DNA from: Histomonas meleagridis 2922-C6/04-290x
Lineage: Eukaryota; Protista; Parabasalia
Direction of reading: 5' to 3'
Assembly (NCBI GenBank): GCA_020184695.1
Contig: JAANOX010000280.1
Coordinates: 765,592 to 829,591, forward strand
DNA: 64,000 nucleotides
The notes beneath the pieces were generated by a model. The model saw nothing but the letters and a program-made list of their open reading frames with translations, was not told where the DNA came from and ran no database searches. Below, one piece after another: positions 14,485 through 25,163 of this stretch; within the stretch, counting starts at the first letter, position 1, and every line of letters begins with the position of its first letter. The translations under genes were made by a program, and so were the position numbers.

Positions 14485-14877
14485 TCTTGTAACGGTTTGG
14501 TGGAGGACGTTTATATGTATCTTCTGTTTGACGATAAATTCACTATGTGTTTGCACAAAACCATTAATAAATATTAGAGTAAAACTCAAAGAATTGATTT
14601 GTTACCTATTCGAAATAAGTATCTTCAATTAATGATAACTATTAAATAATTTCAAATTTGAATTAATTTTTTATATAACTTAAATATACTCAAACGACCT
14701 ATGTTTATGTATCGACATTAAAACATTAAGCAATAATTATTAAATAAGTTCATATTTTTTATGATACTTTTTACTTTGGTTTTAGTGGATGTTAACAGGT
14801 GATCATTTTATTGTAATTTGAATGATTTACGTCATTCAAAAAATTCACTGCTGTGTTAAAATGGTGACCATTTTCAA

Positions 14878-16389
14878 ATGCCGAAATTCGACGAAGTTAC
14901 CAAACAGCACGTCGATGCAGTAACTCGCGACTACATTGTTCAGCCTCGTATTGAGTACAGAACTGTCACCAGTGTTAATGGTCCATTAGTTATTTGCGAT
15001 AAGGTTAAATTCCCAAAATATGCAGAAATTGTTCGTATTACTCTTGGTGATGGAACTGAACGTCGTGGCAAGGTCCTTGAAGTGCAAGGAGATAAAGCTG
15101 TTGTTCAAGTTTTCGAAGGTACAACAGATATTGATGTCAAAAGAACCAGAATCGAATTCACTGGTCAAACACAACATACACCAGTTAGCACAGATATGCT
15201 TGGACGTGTATTTAGTGGTAGTGGTACACCTTTAGATCATGGTCCTCCAGTTCTTGCTGATGATTTCCTTGATATTGAAGGTCAACCAATCAATCCATAC
15301 AACCGTGAGTACCCAAGAGAAATGATTCAGACAGGTCTTTCAGCCATTGATGTAATGAACTCCATTGCCCGTGGTCAAAAGATTCCAATTTTCTCAGCCT
15401 CCGGTCTTCCACACAACCAAATTGCCGCCCAAATCTGCCGTCAAGCCGGTCTTGTTCAACACCGTGGTAAAGATGTCTATGATACATCACCAGATAATTT
15501 TGCCATTGTTTTCGGAGCTATGGGTGTCAACAAGAGCACTGCCCAATTCTTCCAACAAGATTTCGAGCAAAGTGGTTCTATGGAGCGTGTTGTTCTCTTT
15601 TTGAATCATGCCAATGATCCCACCATTGAACGTCTTATTACGCCACGTATTGCCTTAACCACTGCCGAGTATCTTGCGTATGACCAAGGCATGCACATCT
15701 TAGCCATATTGACTGATATGACATCTTATGCAAATGCGTTACGTGAAGTTTCTACTGCCCGTAGTGAAGTTCCAGGGCGTCGATCATATCCAGGTTACAT
15801 GTACACCGACTTTGCCTCCATCTATGAGCGAGCCGGACGTGTTAAAGGGCGTCCAGGCAGTATCACGCAAATTCCAATTCTCACTATGCCATCTGATGAT
15901 ATCACTCATCCAATTCCAGATTTAACGGGCTATATCACTGAGGGCCAAATTTATGTTGATCGTCAACTTGATAACAAACAAATTTATCCACCGATTAACT
16001 TGTTGCCATCGTTATCGCGTTTGATGAAGAGCGCTATTGGCGAAGGATTGACACGTAAAGACCACAGCAGTGTCTCAAACCAAATGTACGCGTCATACGC
16101 ACACGGTAAAGATGTCCTCGCAATGAAGGCAGTCGTCGGTGAGGAATCATTGAGCGAAGATGATAAGAAACATATCGAGTTCTTGCATAGATTCGAAACA
16201 CAGTTCTTGCAACAGGGACCGTACGAAAGTAGAAACGTGTTCGAGTCGCTGGACTTGGCTTGGGAAATATTGAGGACACTGCCAAAGGAGTCGCTAAAGA
16301 GAATCGACCAGCAGACATTGAACGAGTTCTACGCAAGAGACAGAGGGCAGACAGAAAATGAGGCAAACGAAGACGAAGAAGATGAATAA
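14878..16389 (+). CDS. ATP6V1B: V-type proton ATPase subunit B
   Basis: [40 protein letters not shown]-like [29 protein letters not shown]. Confidence 0.98.
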   Translation: MPKFDEVTKQHVDAVTRDYIVQPRIEYRTVTSVNGPLVICDKVKFPKYAEIVRITLGDGTERRGKVLEVQGDKAVVQVFEGTTDIDVKRTRIEFTGQTQHTPVSTDMLGRVFSGSGTPLDHGPPVLADDFLDIEGQPINPYNREYPREMIQTGLSAIDVMNSIARGQKIPIFSASGLPHNQIAAQICRQAGLVQHRGKDVYDTSPDNFAIVFGAMGVNKSTAQFFQQDFEQSGSMERVVLFLNHANDPTIERLITPRIALTTAEYLAYDQGMHILAILTDMTSYANALREVSTARSEVPGRRSYPGYMYTDFASIYERAGRVKGRPGSITQIPILTMPSDDITHPIPDLTGYITEGQIYVDRQLDNKQIYPPINLLPSLSRLMKSAIGEGLTRKDHSSVSNQMYASYAHGKDVLAMKAVVGEESLSEDDKKHIEFLHRFETQFLQQGPYESRNVFESLDLAWEILRTLPKESLKRIDQQTLNEFYARDRGQTENEANEDEEDE

Positions 16390-16904
16390 ATGATTAATTG
16401 CTCTTAACGAATACGTTTGTGAAAATTTTATTGTTTATGGCGAAAAATGTTACATAAGGAACTCGTCAGTATGATGGAAACAGCATAAATTGAGGAGAAC
16501 TTCATATGGTTTAAATAATATTTGTAATTTGTTAATTTATTGTTTGTTCAAATGTGATTGATTTTTGTTTCATGTTTTGAATATCCGTTTATTAAATGTC
16601 AGTATTTTTATTTTGAAATATTTGATTTAATATCATAATGAACACCCTGAAATATAATACAAAACAGACAACATCATCATGATCCGTAAATTCATTGAAA
16701 ATAGAAAGGTTTGTATACATTAAATAGATTGTGTACTAAATATATTTGTTAAAAGCAATGATTCTGTACAACATGTAATTCATTTCTAAGTTTTCACTTG
16801 AAATTATTAACATATAATGAACAAAGTTACGTAAGTTATTACATATCACAATGCATAATTCCAAAGACTTAACACGCTTTTTATTAATAATAAAAAATGT
16901 TTTG

Positions 16905-18437
16905 CTAAATTGTAACATTGTCGAGTGCTTCTTCATTTTGGTGAAGCGTCGACGTATGTTTCAGGTCAACAACAGTTTTTTCGTGAACATACTCCGACGA
17001 AGAGCTTTCTTTAGCTTTCTTGTGCTTCACGACAAAGACAACAATTCCAATCAAAACGAATATATTTACAATTGCTCCGCACGAAAGGCCAATCAAAAGC
17101 GACTGTGAAATTTTATGGTTATCTGTTGGCTGAGTTGATTGGACATGAAATGTATAATAAAACGGAGAATAAATCGAATATTTTATAACTGTGTAATCAT
17201 AAAATATGAAGAACGAGTTCGTATACGTGAATGTGGTTTCGTATGCTGAGAGCACAAAAGAGTTAGAAGAATAAGAATAAGCAGAAACAGATTGCGTGTA
17301 CGTAAGAACCATTGAGGGAGAATAAGATACCTCCAAGTGAATGTTTGAAGGCGTAAATGTATTCGAATTCGGAAATGCATTTGATTTGGTTAATGTACTT
17401 GATTTTGCGAATGTATTTGATTTTGCGAATGTATTTGATTTTGTAAATGTATTTGATTCTGTGAATGTATTTGATTTTGTAAATGTATTTGTTTGCAAGT
17501 CTTTAAATTTAGTTATGGATAAACCATTAAATGTCGTTCCATTATAATCATTACTTACAATGACCTTTGCGTTGATATTATTCGGAAAAACTTCATCCCC
17601 TATATAAGGCTCTTCTGTTCCATAAAAATATATTTCCGAAATATTATCGCAATAATAAAATGCGTGGTAGCAAATTTCTGTTACTTTTCCTCCTATAATG
17701 ATTGTTGATAAGCTTGTACATTCATAAAATAAATATTCATCGATGATGGTGATATTGTTTCCAATAGTAACTTTTTGTAAACTTGTACAATAGCTGAATG
17801 CTCGTTCTCCAATTTCAGTAGTAGAATCAGGAATGATAACATCAATTAAACTATAACAATGACGAAATGCTTCATCTCCAATAGATCTAATATTTTCTCC
17901 CATAATAACTGTTGCCATTTTTGAACAATTTCGAAATGCTCCCGAACCAATTGTATTAACTCCACTTCCAATTACTACTTTTGTCAAACCTGTACAATAG
18001 CTGAATGCTTGTTCTCCAATTTCAGTAGTAGAATTAGGAATGATAACCTCAATTAAACTATAACAATAACGAAATGCTTTTTCTCCAATGGTTTTAACAT
18101 TTCCCATAATAACTGTTGTCATTTTTGAACAATTTCGAAATGCTTCTGAACCAATTATCACAAGTCCACTTCCAATTACAACTTTTGTTAGATTATAACA
18201 ATAACTGAATGCTTGTTCACCAATTTCTTTAACATTATTGCCAATTTCAACTGTTTTAAGATTAGGGTAAGAACTAAATTCGAAATTTTTATAAATTATT
18301 TCAAGTCGATCAATAAAAATATGAAATGTTTTTTCCTTGGTATTATCATCAATGTCGTTGTCCCCCATGATTTCGAGAGTACCGTTGATGAGAGTATACT
18401 CCTGGAATGCAGCAGCAAAGAATATTGCGCAAAGCAT
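16905..18437 (-). CDS. BspA-like LRR type I membrane protein
   Basis: Likely start MLCAIFFAAAF (signal-like) at 18437, TpLRR repeats, SNTF(T/A)K stalk, TM LLIGLSCGAIVNIFVLIGIVVFVV. Confidence 0.9.
   Translation of the reverse strand: MLCAIFFAAAFQEYTLINGTLEIMGDNDIDDNTKEKTFHIFIDRLEIIYKNFEFSSYPNLKTVEIGNNVKEIGEQAFSYCYNLTKVVIGSGLVIIGSEAFRNCSKMTTVIMGNVKTIGEKAFRYCYSLIEVIIPNSTTEIGEQAFSYCTGLTKVVIGSGVNTIGSGAFRNCSKMATVIMGENIRSIGDEAFRHCYSLIDVIIPDSTTEIGERAFSYCTSLQKVTIGNNITIIDEYLFYECTSLSTIIIGGKVTEICYHAFYYCDNISEIYFYGTEEPYIGDEVFPNNINAKVIVSNDYNGTTFNGLSITKFKDLQTNTFTKSNTFTESNTFTKSNTFAKSNTFAKSSTLTKSNAFPNSNTFTPSNIHLEVSYSPSMVLTYTQSVSAYSYSSNSFVLSAYETTFTYTNSFFIFYDYTVIKYSIYSPFYYTFHVQSTQPTDNHKISQSLLIGLSCGAIVNIFVLIGIVVFVVKHKKAKESSSSEYVHEKTVVDLKHTSTLHQNEEALDNVTI
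17380..17495 (-). repeat. 18-nt tandem repeat encoding SNTF[TA][KE] stalk
   Basis: GTATTTGATTTTG(C/T)(G/A)AAT repeated about 6 times. Confidence 0.85.
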
Positions 18438-18625
18438 TCCCCGAAGCAAAATCCCTTTGAAAAACAGAAATTTTGAACTTTTAACAGAAAAATCAGCGGC
18501 TATATTGAAAAGATTGGTGAAATTTGCGTGTGTGAAAAATCGGTTAAATAACCGATAATTAAAGAAATTTGTGGAAATTTGATCCAAATCACAGGGCACC
18601 CCAAAATAAAAGTGACTCATAATTC

Positions 18626-18632
18626 AACCGTT
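18626..18632 (+). promoter_or_regulatory. M3-like (Myb-type) core-promoter motif AACCGTT; similar motifs at 31374, 38652, 47604, 55331
   Basis: AAC[C/G]GT[T/C] lies within about 5-15 nt of the ATG of five genes. It resembles the trichomonad M3 element. Confidence 0.5.
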
Positions 18633-18646
18633 TAGATAAACTCTGG

Positions 18647-21244
18647 ATGAATCAACAACAACTCCACCAATATCTCGCGCAACTAAAATTTGCATCAAAT
18701 TTAAACACCGGCACATTTTCAAACACCAAAGAAATTGACGATGCGAGTGGTGTCCAGATCAAAAACATCCAACCACAACCGATTGCGTTTCCATATCCAT
18801 TAAATAGCCCAACTTTTTGGGAGAAATGTCCCCCGTGTCCGCATCACCAACGCGTCCAATGTGATGTCGGCAATTTTCAAGATCAGCAAATTCCAATTTC
18901 TTTACTGGCGCAAGAGCGCGACAACTTCATACAGCAGAAGATGCAAACGCATTTGCGGCAGCTCCGAAACTTCAACAAAAAGGGCAATATACCGGAGGAA
19001 GATAAGGACTTGTATGAGTACATAGTCCATAGTTTATTTCTGAATTCACGTCAGCGCTATGTCCGCGACATCATTTACAATTCGTACGTTGCCAGTTCCA
19101 AAGGTAAACCATATTCGCAACGAAAATTGGGCGAAATAGTTCGTATGAAACCACTTTCACAAAAAGAGAAGGCGAAAAACTATGTCATTCGTGGGATTAG
19201 TTGCAGTGGTTTCTATTTTCCAGTTGGTCCAGAATTTCATCCAGAGACTCCATTTTCACCACTTCCACGTTATGTTATTCGAGATCGCCAAAAGAACAAT
19301 CCGAATGTCGATCTCAAGCAAACGTTACCAGTTGTTAAGTCAGTTCTTTCAGTATCTGCATCTTTAGTTGTTGCATCACATGGCTATGAATTCTATTCAC
19401 AGTTTCGAAACAAGTACCAAAAGAATCGTCTTATCAACCATAACTTACAGAAACATTTCATCGCCATTCGAGCGGAACATCAAAATCAAATGATGTCACT
19501 TTTCCAGAGCAAAATTGAATCGCTTGCTTCACTTGACGAAAAAGAGTTCTATGAATTTTGGAAACCTCCGACGTTTACACACGGCATCAAAATCTATCGT
19601 CAACCGTCGATTTTAGATTCGTGTAAACTACATCAACATCAGATTGAAGGGATGTCATGGTTAATTCACTTGTACGATCACAAAACCAATTGCATCTTAG
19701 CGGATGACGTAGGTCTAGGGAAGTCATTACAGATCATATCGTTTTTCGCATTTCTAAGAGAACAACGTCACATTTCAGGGCCACACTTAATAGCAATGCC
19801 CGGAGCAGTATTAGCGACATGGAAAGACGAGTTTTCGAAATGGTTACCATCAGCTAATGTCGTTACATACATTGGTAAGAAACAAGCGCGACGTCATATG
19901 TTTGAGAACATTGTCTTCCGATCAGATTTTGATGTAATGTTAACTACGTATAGTCTGTTAGAAGTCGACAAAGATTTGTTGACTAAAATCCCTTGGAGAG
20001 TTATAGTGTTCGATGAAGGACATATGTTGAAGAACTCCAAATCAAATATGTTTAAGACAATTGATGAATCATTTTACTCCGAATTTAGAATTATTGCAAC
20101 TGCTACACCATTCCAAAATGAAATTGATGAGTTATGGTCATTGTTATATTTAATTAATCCATATGAGTTTTGTTCATTAGAAATATTCCATAAGTTTTTC
20201 AGAGAATTAAATGATTTACATGACGTAGATCATGAATTAGTAATGCGAAGATTACATTCTGTAATTCGTCCATATTTATTACGAAGAAATAAAGAAGAAT
20301 TAAACTTCGATATACCAAACAAACTTGAAATTACAATTAAAGTATCGCCAACTGATTTACAGAAAGATATTTTGATGAATTCATTACAAGGTAATCCTTC
20401 AATGCAAAAGAAATTAGTGTTAATTCGAAGAGTATCAAATTCACCTGTTTTGTTCTTAAATAGAAAAACTTTTAATAGTATTCCAATAGAATATATAATT
20501 GCAAGAACACCAAAAATTAGGATTTTGGATAAAATTTTGGAGAAATTAATTATGACGCAACATCGATTTTTAATATATTCACAATGGACTTCAATGATGG
20601 ATTTACTTCAATTGTTTTTGAATTATAAATCTTATAAATGTTTAAGAATCGATGGCTATGTTAAAACTAATGAAAGAATTAAAATGATTAATGAGTTCAT
20701 AAAGCCTGGATCCGAATATTCGGGTATGTTATTGTCAACAAGATCTTCTGCTTTTGGTTTGAATCTTCAAGTGGCAGATACGGTCATTTTGTTCGATTCA
20801 GATTATAATCCTTTTGTGGAATTACAAGCTTCAGCTAGAGTACATAGATTAGGACAAACAAATATTGTAGTTGTAATTAGATTAATGACAAATGAAACTG
20901 GTGAAGAAAAGATTTTAAGGGTTTCAAGGAAGAAATTCATTTTAGGACATCAAATCATTGAGGCTGGAAAATTTAATGTGAATAAGAATGAAAATGAAAG
21001 TGAAGCACAACTAATTAATGACCAAAGTAAAGTGCCGGAAATTTTGGACCCAACGAATGAACAATTAAATAGTATAATAGCAAGGTCTGATGGGGAATTA
21101 GGAATATTACAATGCTCAAATAGAGATTGTTATTACCAAGAAAAAGAGGAATATAAGGATATAGACGCTGAGATAATGGATAAGATGGATGAGAACGTCT
21201 TCGAGTTCGCTGATGCTGATTCTGATTTTGTTGATGCTGAATAA
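18647..21244 (+). CDS. SNF2-family chromatin-remodelling ATPase
   Basis: LHQHQIEGMSWL, ILADDVGLGKS, DEGH, TATPFQN, LLSTRSSAFGLNLQVADTVILFDSDYNP, QASARVHRLGQ. Confidence 0.95.
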   Translation: MNQQQLHQYLAQLKFASNLNTGTFSNTKEIDDASGVQIKNIQPQPIAFPYPLNSPTFWEKCPPCPHHQRVQCDVGNFQDQQIPISLLAQERDNFIQQKMQTHLRQLRNFNKKGNIPEEDKDLYEYIVHSLFLNSRQRYVRDIIYNSYVASSKGKPYSQRKLGEIVRMKPLSQKEKAKNYVIRGISCSGFYFPVGPEFHPETPFSPLPRYVIRDRQKNNPNVDLKQTLPVVKSVLSVSASLVVASHGYEFYSQFRNKYQKNRLINHNLQKHFIAIRAEHQNQMMSLFQSKIESLASLDEKEFYEFWKPPTFTHGIKIYRQPSILDSCKLHQHQIEGMSWLIHLYDHKTNCILADDVGLGKSLQIISFFAFLREQRHISGPHLIAMPGAVLATWKDEFSKWLPSANVVTYIGKKQARRHMFENIVFRSDFDVMLTTYSLLEVDKDLLTKIPWRVIVFDEGHMLKNSKSNMFKTIDESFYSEFRIIATATPFQNEIDELWSLLYLINPYEFCSLEIFHKFFRELNDLHDVDHELVMRRLHSVIRPYLLRRNKEELNFDIPNKLEITIKVSPTDLQKDILMNSLQGNPSMQKKLVLIRRVSNSPVLFLNRKTFNSIPIEYIIARTPKIRILDKILEKLIMTQHRFLIYSQWTSMMDLLQLFLNYKSYKCLRIDGYVKTNERIKMINEFIKPGSEYSGMLLSTRSSAFGLNLQVADTVILFDSDYNPFVELQASARVHRLGQTNIVVVIRLMTNETGEEKILRVSRKKFILGHQIIEAGKFNVNKNENESEAQLINDQSKVPEILDPTNEQLNSIIARSDGELGILQCSNRDCYYQEKEEYKDIDAEIMDKMDENVFEFADADSDFVDAE

Positions 21245-21481
21245 ATTTATTTTGATGTTGTGTCAAATTTTTTTAATGTTGTTGAAATAACGAGTTTTTA
21301 ACGTTCGCCATTTCTTCGTTTTAATAATTATTTACTTAGAAACACAACTAAATGCAACGCATATTTGCTCATTTAGGCATTATTAAGTTCGATTTTGTGA
21401 ATTTAATTGCGATTTTGTTGTTGGCGGTCGTTTATTTTGAGGGGTCTGTTCGCATTGGAAATATTAAACGGTTCAAGATTG

Positions 21482-23656
21482 ATGACCTACCAAATTAGTG
21501 AAGAAACAGCTAATTTGATTAATTCATCAGTTAATATTGATGGTACACTTGACGAAAAAATTAGGGCTGCTTTCGATGATTTAATGCATGCACAAGAACT
21601 TGGAGAAACAACACTTCAATTAGTTGATGCTTATAATAAAACAGTAGAAGATAGTAAAAAAGAACTTGAAGAAAAAAGAAGAATGTATGGCGCAATTACA
21701 GCAGCGGCAATTGATGAATTACAAAATGCTTATAATCAACCACAAAGTTCTCCTTTTCCTGTTAATAATATTACAAACAAAATCAAACAAGCCGATGAAG
21801 GTTTTACAAGGGCTTTAAGTGATTTTTCAAATAATGTAAATTCAAAATTATATCAAGCAAATGAACATTTTGCTCAAATTTCAAATAAAATCAAAATTGC
21901 TATTCAGTCCAAGTCAAAACAATCTGTTGATACGTCACAATTCGATCCAGTTTGTCAATATTTCAAATGTACAATACAAGAAATCCCAAACATTATGGGC
22001 AAACTATACCAAGCAAACCAAAATTTTGAATCCTTTGTTAAACAACTCTCCGAAAAACTTCATTGTACCTATGATGAAGTCCCAAATACTTTAAATCAGA
22101 AACTTACAATTTTCGAGTCATTACTTCAAACACTTAATACTGAAGAACCCAATGCGAAAAACAAATTAGAAACCACAACATCAGTCATAAACCAACTCAC
22201 GACGATGTTTAACACAAATGAAACCGATTTAATTCCGACAATTTCAAATTTAATTTCTGAAAAACAAAACAATAACAATGAAACAAATGAAGCGCAACTT
22301 AAACAACTTAAAACGTCAGCAATACAATTACAAAAGGAAAGAGATGAACTTCAACAACAACTTCAAATCATTACAAATCAATTACAACATAATCGAAACA
22401 ATATAACATATCAACGCTTTGATCATTTGATTGATATCATTCCATTAAACATTAACATGAACATTGAAAACGCCCCGAACAAAGATGAAACGATTTGGAA
22501 GTTACAAAACGAGTTAAACAAATTACTCGAAAGTCTTAACACAATTCAAGAAACGAAAAACAATCAAATTAAATCATTAACAAATCAATTGGAGCAAACG
22601 GAACTTAATAAAATCAGTGCAGAAACAGAGAAACAAAACTTAGAAATCGAAATGCAGAAACTTAAGATGCAAATTTCGAACAATAATTATAAAAACGTAA
22701 TCGATAACTTAATGTATACATTAAATTGTACAAACGAAAACGAATTAATACAAAAAATTAATGACTTGAAAACAGAGATAATGATATTAAAGGCGGGAAA
22801 CACAACAAATTCAAATGCGAACGAAAATGAACAAATAAAAAAATCATTCGAACAACTATCAGATGAATTCTCAAAGTTACAAAATGAAACAATTAAAATG
22901 AACACCGAATTAAACACTTTGTTGACGCAGAAGAAACAATTCGAAAAGCAAATTAAAAATTATAAAAATCAAATAGAGTCCCAAAATGAAATGTTATCAA
23001 ATGAAAAGGCTAAAACTATAGAACTACAACAAAGTAATGAAATGATTAAATCAGATCTTGAAATTGCACAACAAAAAATTTTAAATCTTCAAGAAAACAT
23101 AAATTCGTATGTAAACTTGTCAAATCAGTTCTCAGAAAAACTGAACCACTTTTCAATGAAAAACAATAGCAATTCAAAAATTGTTAACAGTTTGAGTAAT
23201 ATATTCACTCAATTTTCTTTCGGAATATTTTCAAATCAAAATTTTGACGAATTCATCAACTTAATCTCAAAAATTGAAAACAAGCCGGTTTTGAACACAA
23301 ATTACATAAATTCTGTACATCGAAATCTGACAAGAATTGAAAGCATATTTGGCGACTTTTTGAGCAGGGTTCTGAATTATGTGGCGGCCATTCAAAATTC
23401 AATGACAAGTTTAAACGAAAAAATTTTTGATGTGTTCGACCAAAATAGAGAAATGAAAGAACAAATAAATGAAATGCTAAACGATGATTTGGCACCTAGG
23501 TTATCATTTTATATGGAAAGGCTTAAGGGTGCTGAAGAAGAGATTAGAGCATTGAGAGCGGAGATGAACGGGAGAAGGAGAGGGCAAAGCTTTGACGGAT
23601 ATAGTCCATCAACAGAAGAAGTGTTTGAAAATATTATACAAAGCAGATTTACATAA
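21482..23656 (+). CDS. Coiled-coil hypothetical protein
   Basis: Long N/E/Q/K-rich heptad ORF; first ATG at 21482. Confidence 0.8.
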   Translation: MTYQISEETANLINSSVNIDGTLDEKIRAAFDDLMHAQELGETTLQLVDAYNKTVEDSKKELEEKRRMYGAITAAAIDELQNAYNQPQSSPFPVNNITNKIKQADEGFTRALSDFSNNVNSKLYQANEHFAQISNKIKIAIQSKSKQSVDTSQFDPVCQYFKCTIQEIPNIMGKLYQANQNFESFVKQLSEKLHCTYDEVPNTLNQKLTIFESLLQTLNTEEPNAKNKLETTTSVINQLTTMFNTNETDLIPTISNLISEKQNNNNETNEAQLKQLKTSAIQLQKERDELQQQLQIITNQLQHNRNNITYQRFDHLIDIIPLNINMNIENAPNKDETIWKLQNELNKLLESLNTIQETKNNQIKSLTNQLEQTELNKISAETEKQNLEIEMQKLKMQISNNNYKNVIDNLMYTLNCTNENELIQKINDLKTEIMILKAGNTTNSNANENEQIKKSFEQLSDEFSKLQNETIKMNTELNTLLTQKKQFEKQIKNYKNQIESQNEMLSNEKAKTIELQQSNEMIKSDLEIAQQKILNLQENINSYVNLSNQFSEKLNHFSMKNNSNSKIVNSLSNIFTQFSFGIFSNQNFDEFINLISKIENKPVLNTNYINSVHRNLTRIESIFGDFLSRVLNYVAAIQNSMTSLNEKIFDVFDQNREMKEQINEMLNDDLAPRLSFYMERLKGAEEEIRALRAEMNGRRRGQSFDGYSPSTEEVFENIIQSRFT

Positions 23657-23925
23657 TGTGTTTATATATAAATGTGTTGAAATTTAATTTTTGTTATTGC
23701 TATAACTTGGTCTTCCGCTTATAGATATAATGCTAATTAATGTTAGCAGAAATAATATTTTAAAGAAATATTTGGAAATTCAAATCTATTTTTTGAATGA
23801 AACTTTATTATAATTTTTGTGTACATTCTTTTAAATCTCTACATTTTATCGAAATACTTGGAAAAATCAATGTATGAATTAGAGAATTGCTTTATTTTGT
23901 GCGATAAAAAAAGTTTTTAGTGTTA

Positions 23926-24888
23926 ATGAAATGTGATATGAAAATTCAGATGCAGGAATTCTTCCAATCTGTGCATTTTGGGACAAGATTCCTTATAATT
24001 TTCATGGTGATTATTTATATAATCCAACTTGGATTTTTCGATTCAACAATTACATCATATCTTACATTTTCTCCTACGAAAATTATTCATGGGGAAGTTT
24101 GGCGAATGTTTACAGCAGTTTTCATGCATGGTGGAATACTCCACCTTATAATGAACATGATGAGCTTTGTATCTCTTGGTATTTCATTAGAATCAAAAAT
24201 TGGTACTCTTTCATTTTTTTATCATATATTCCTTTTTTGTATTCTCACGAGTCTTATTCACATAGCCATTGCTGCCTTTATGAAACTTGGTGGTGAACCA
24301 TCAGAATTTCAATCTCATGCCCTTGGCTTTTCAGGTATTTTGTTTGCACTCATTGTCATTGACATATACATTGAAGGTGGACCATATCGTTCATTTTTCA
24401 GCCTATTTCTCATTCCATCATATTTATATCCATGGGTTATGTTACTTTTCATGCAACTTATTTTAGGAAATGTTTCCTTCCTAGGCCACCTTTCTGGCCT
24501 TCTTGTTGGTTATTTGTACCAATTCGGAATTGTCAAAATTTTGACTCCTCCGAAAAGTGCCTTTTTATGGCTCGAAAATCGAATTTGCCACTGCTGCATT
24601 GACAGGCTTGGGTATGTTCCTGTTGAGGGCGTTCGTAACTTTGTTTATCGCCCATATGCTGTGTTTCAGCACACTTGGGGCGATGAAGAAGAAGAAAATA
24701 ATAACAATAATGGGAACCAGCAAAACAATAATAACAACAATGCATTCACTGGTCAACCACATACTATTGGCGATGCAAATACAGATACAAACGGAATGAA
24801 TAACAACGTGGATGATTTGAATATCGAAGACGATGATGGACTTGAGAATTTAGAGATAGGCGGAAGCGATAGAGATAGCCCAAAATGA
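23926..24888 (+). CDS. Rhomboid-family intramembrane protease (RHBDD1-like)
   Basis: EVWR..TA.FMHGGILHLIMNM, catalytic GFSG, HLSGLLVG; acidic/Asn-rich tail. Confidence 0.88.
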   Translation: MKCDMKIQMQEFFQSVHFGTRFLIIFMVIIYIIQLGFFDSTITSYLTFSPTKIIHGEVWRMFTAVFMHGGILHLIMNMMSFVSLGISLESKIGTLSFFYHIFLFCILTSLIHIAIAAFMKLGGEPSEFQSHALGFSGILFALIVIDIYIEGGPYRSFFSLFLIPSYLYPWVMLLFMQLILGNVSFLGHLSGLLVGYLYQFGIVKILTPPKSAFLWLENRICHCCIDRLGYVPVEGVRNFVYRPYAVFQHTWGDEEEENNNNNGNQQNNNNNNAFTGQPHTIGDANTDTNGMNNNVDDLNIEDDDGLENLEIGGSDRDSPK

Positions 24889-25151
24889 CTTTTTATTTTA
24901 AATTTGTTCCAAAGAATTAAAAAATTAATGTTATTTTATTTTTATATCTTTCGTTGAACTCATTTACATAATTTATTTAATTCGAATGTTCTTCAACATT
25001 ACGAATGAATACTTTACATTGCATATTGAAATTTCTGTTAAAAACGAATAAAAATTGGGCCCCATAAAATTGAATCAAGAATGATCGCATTAGAACCCTC
25101 GAACAAAGGGTAATTTTGAATCGTCAAATTGAACGATACAGAAAAAATATT

Positions 25152-25158
25152 TCATTTT
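25152..25158 (+). promoter_or_regulatory. Inr-like element TCATTTT
   Basis: Starts 12 nt upstream of ATG 25164 and matches the trichomonad TCA(+1)Y(T/A) initiator. Confidence 0.5.
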
Positions 25159-25163
25159 CTTTA

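Noticed and set aside
14986-16366. Multiple small overlapping ORFs inside V-ATPase B (likewise inside the kinase, eIF4A and macrodomain genes)
   Set aside because: Off-frame or antisense shadows of higher-GC coding sequence.
21407-21481. Upstream non-ATG starts in the ORF track (also 25116, 29749, 34952, 49040, 56785, 58551)
   Set aside because: This is a eukaryotic locus. The first in-frame ATG, often preceded by Inr-like or M3-like motifs, is the better start.
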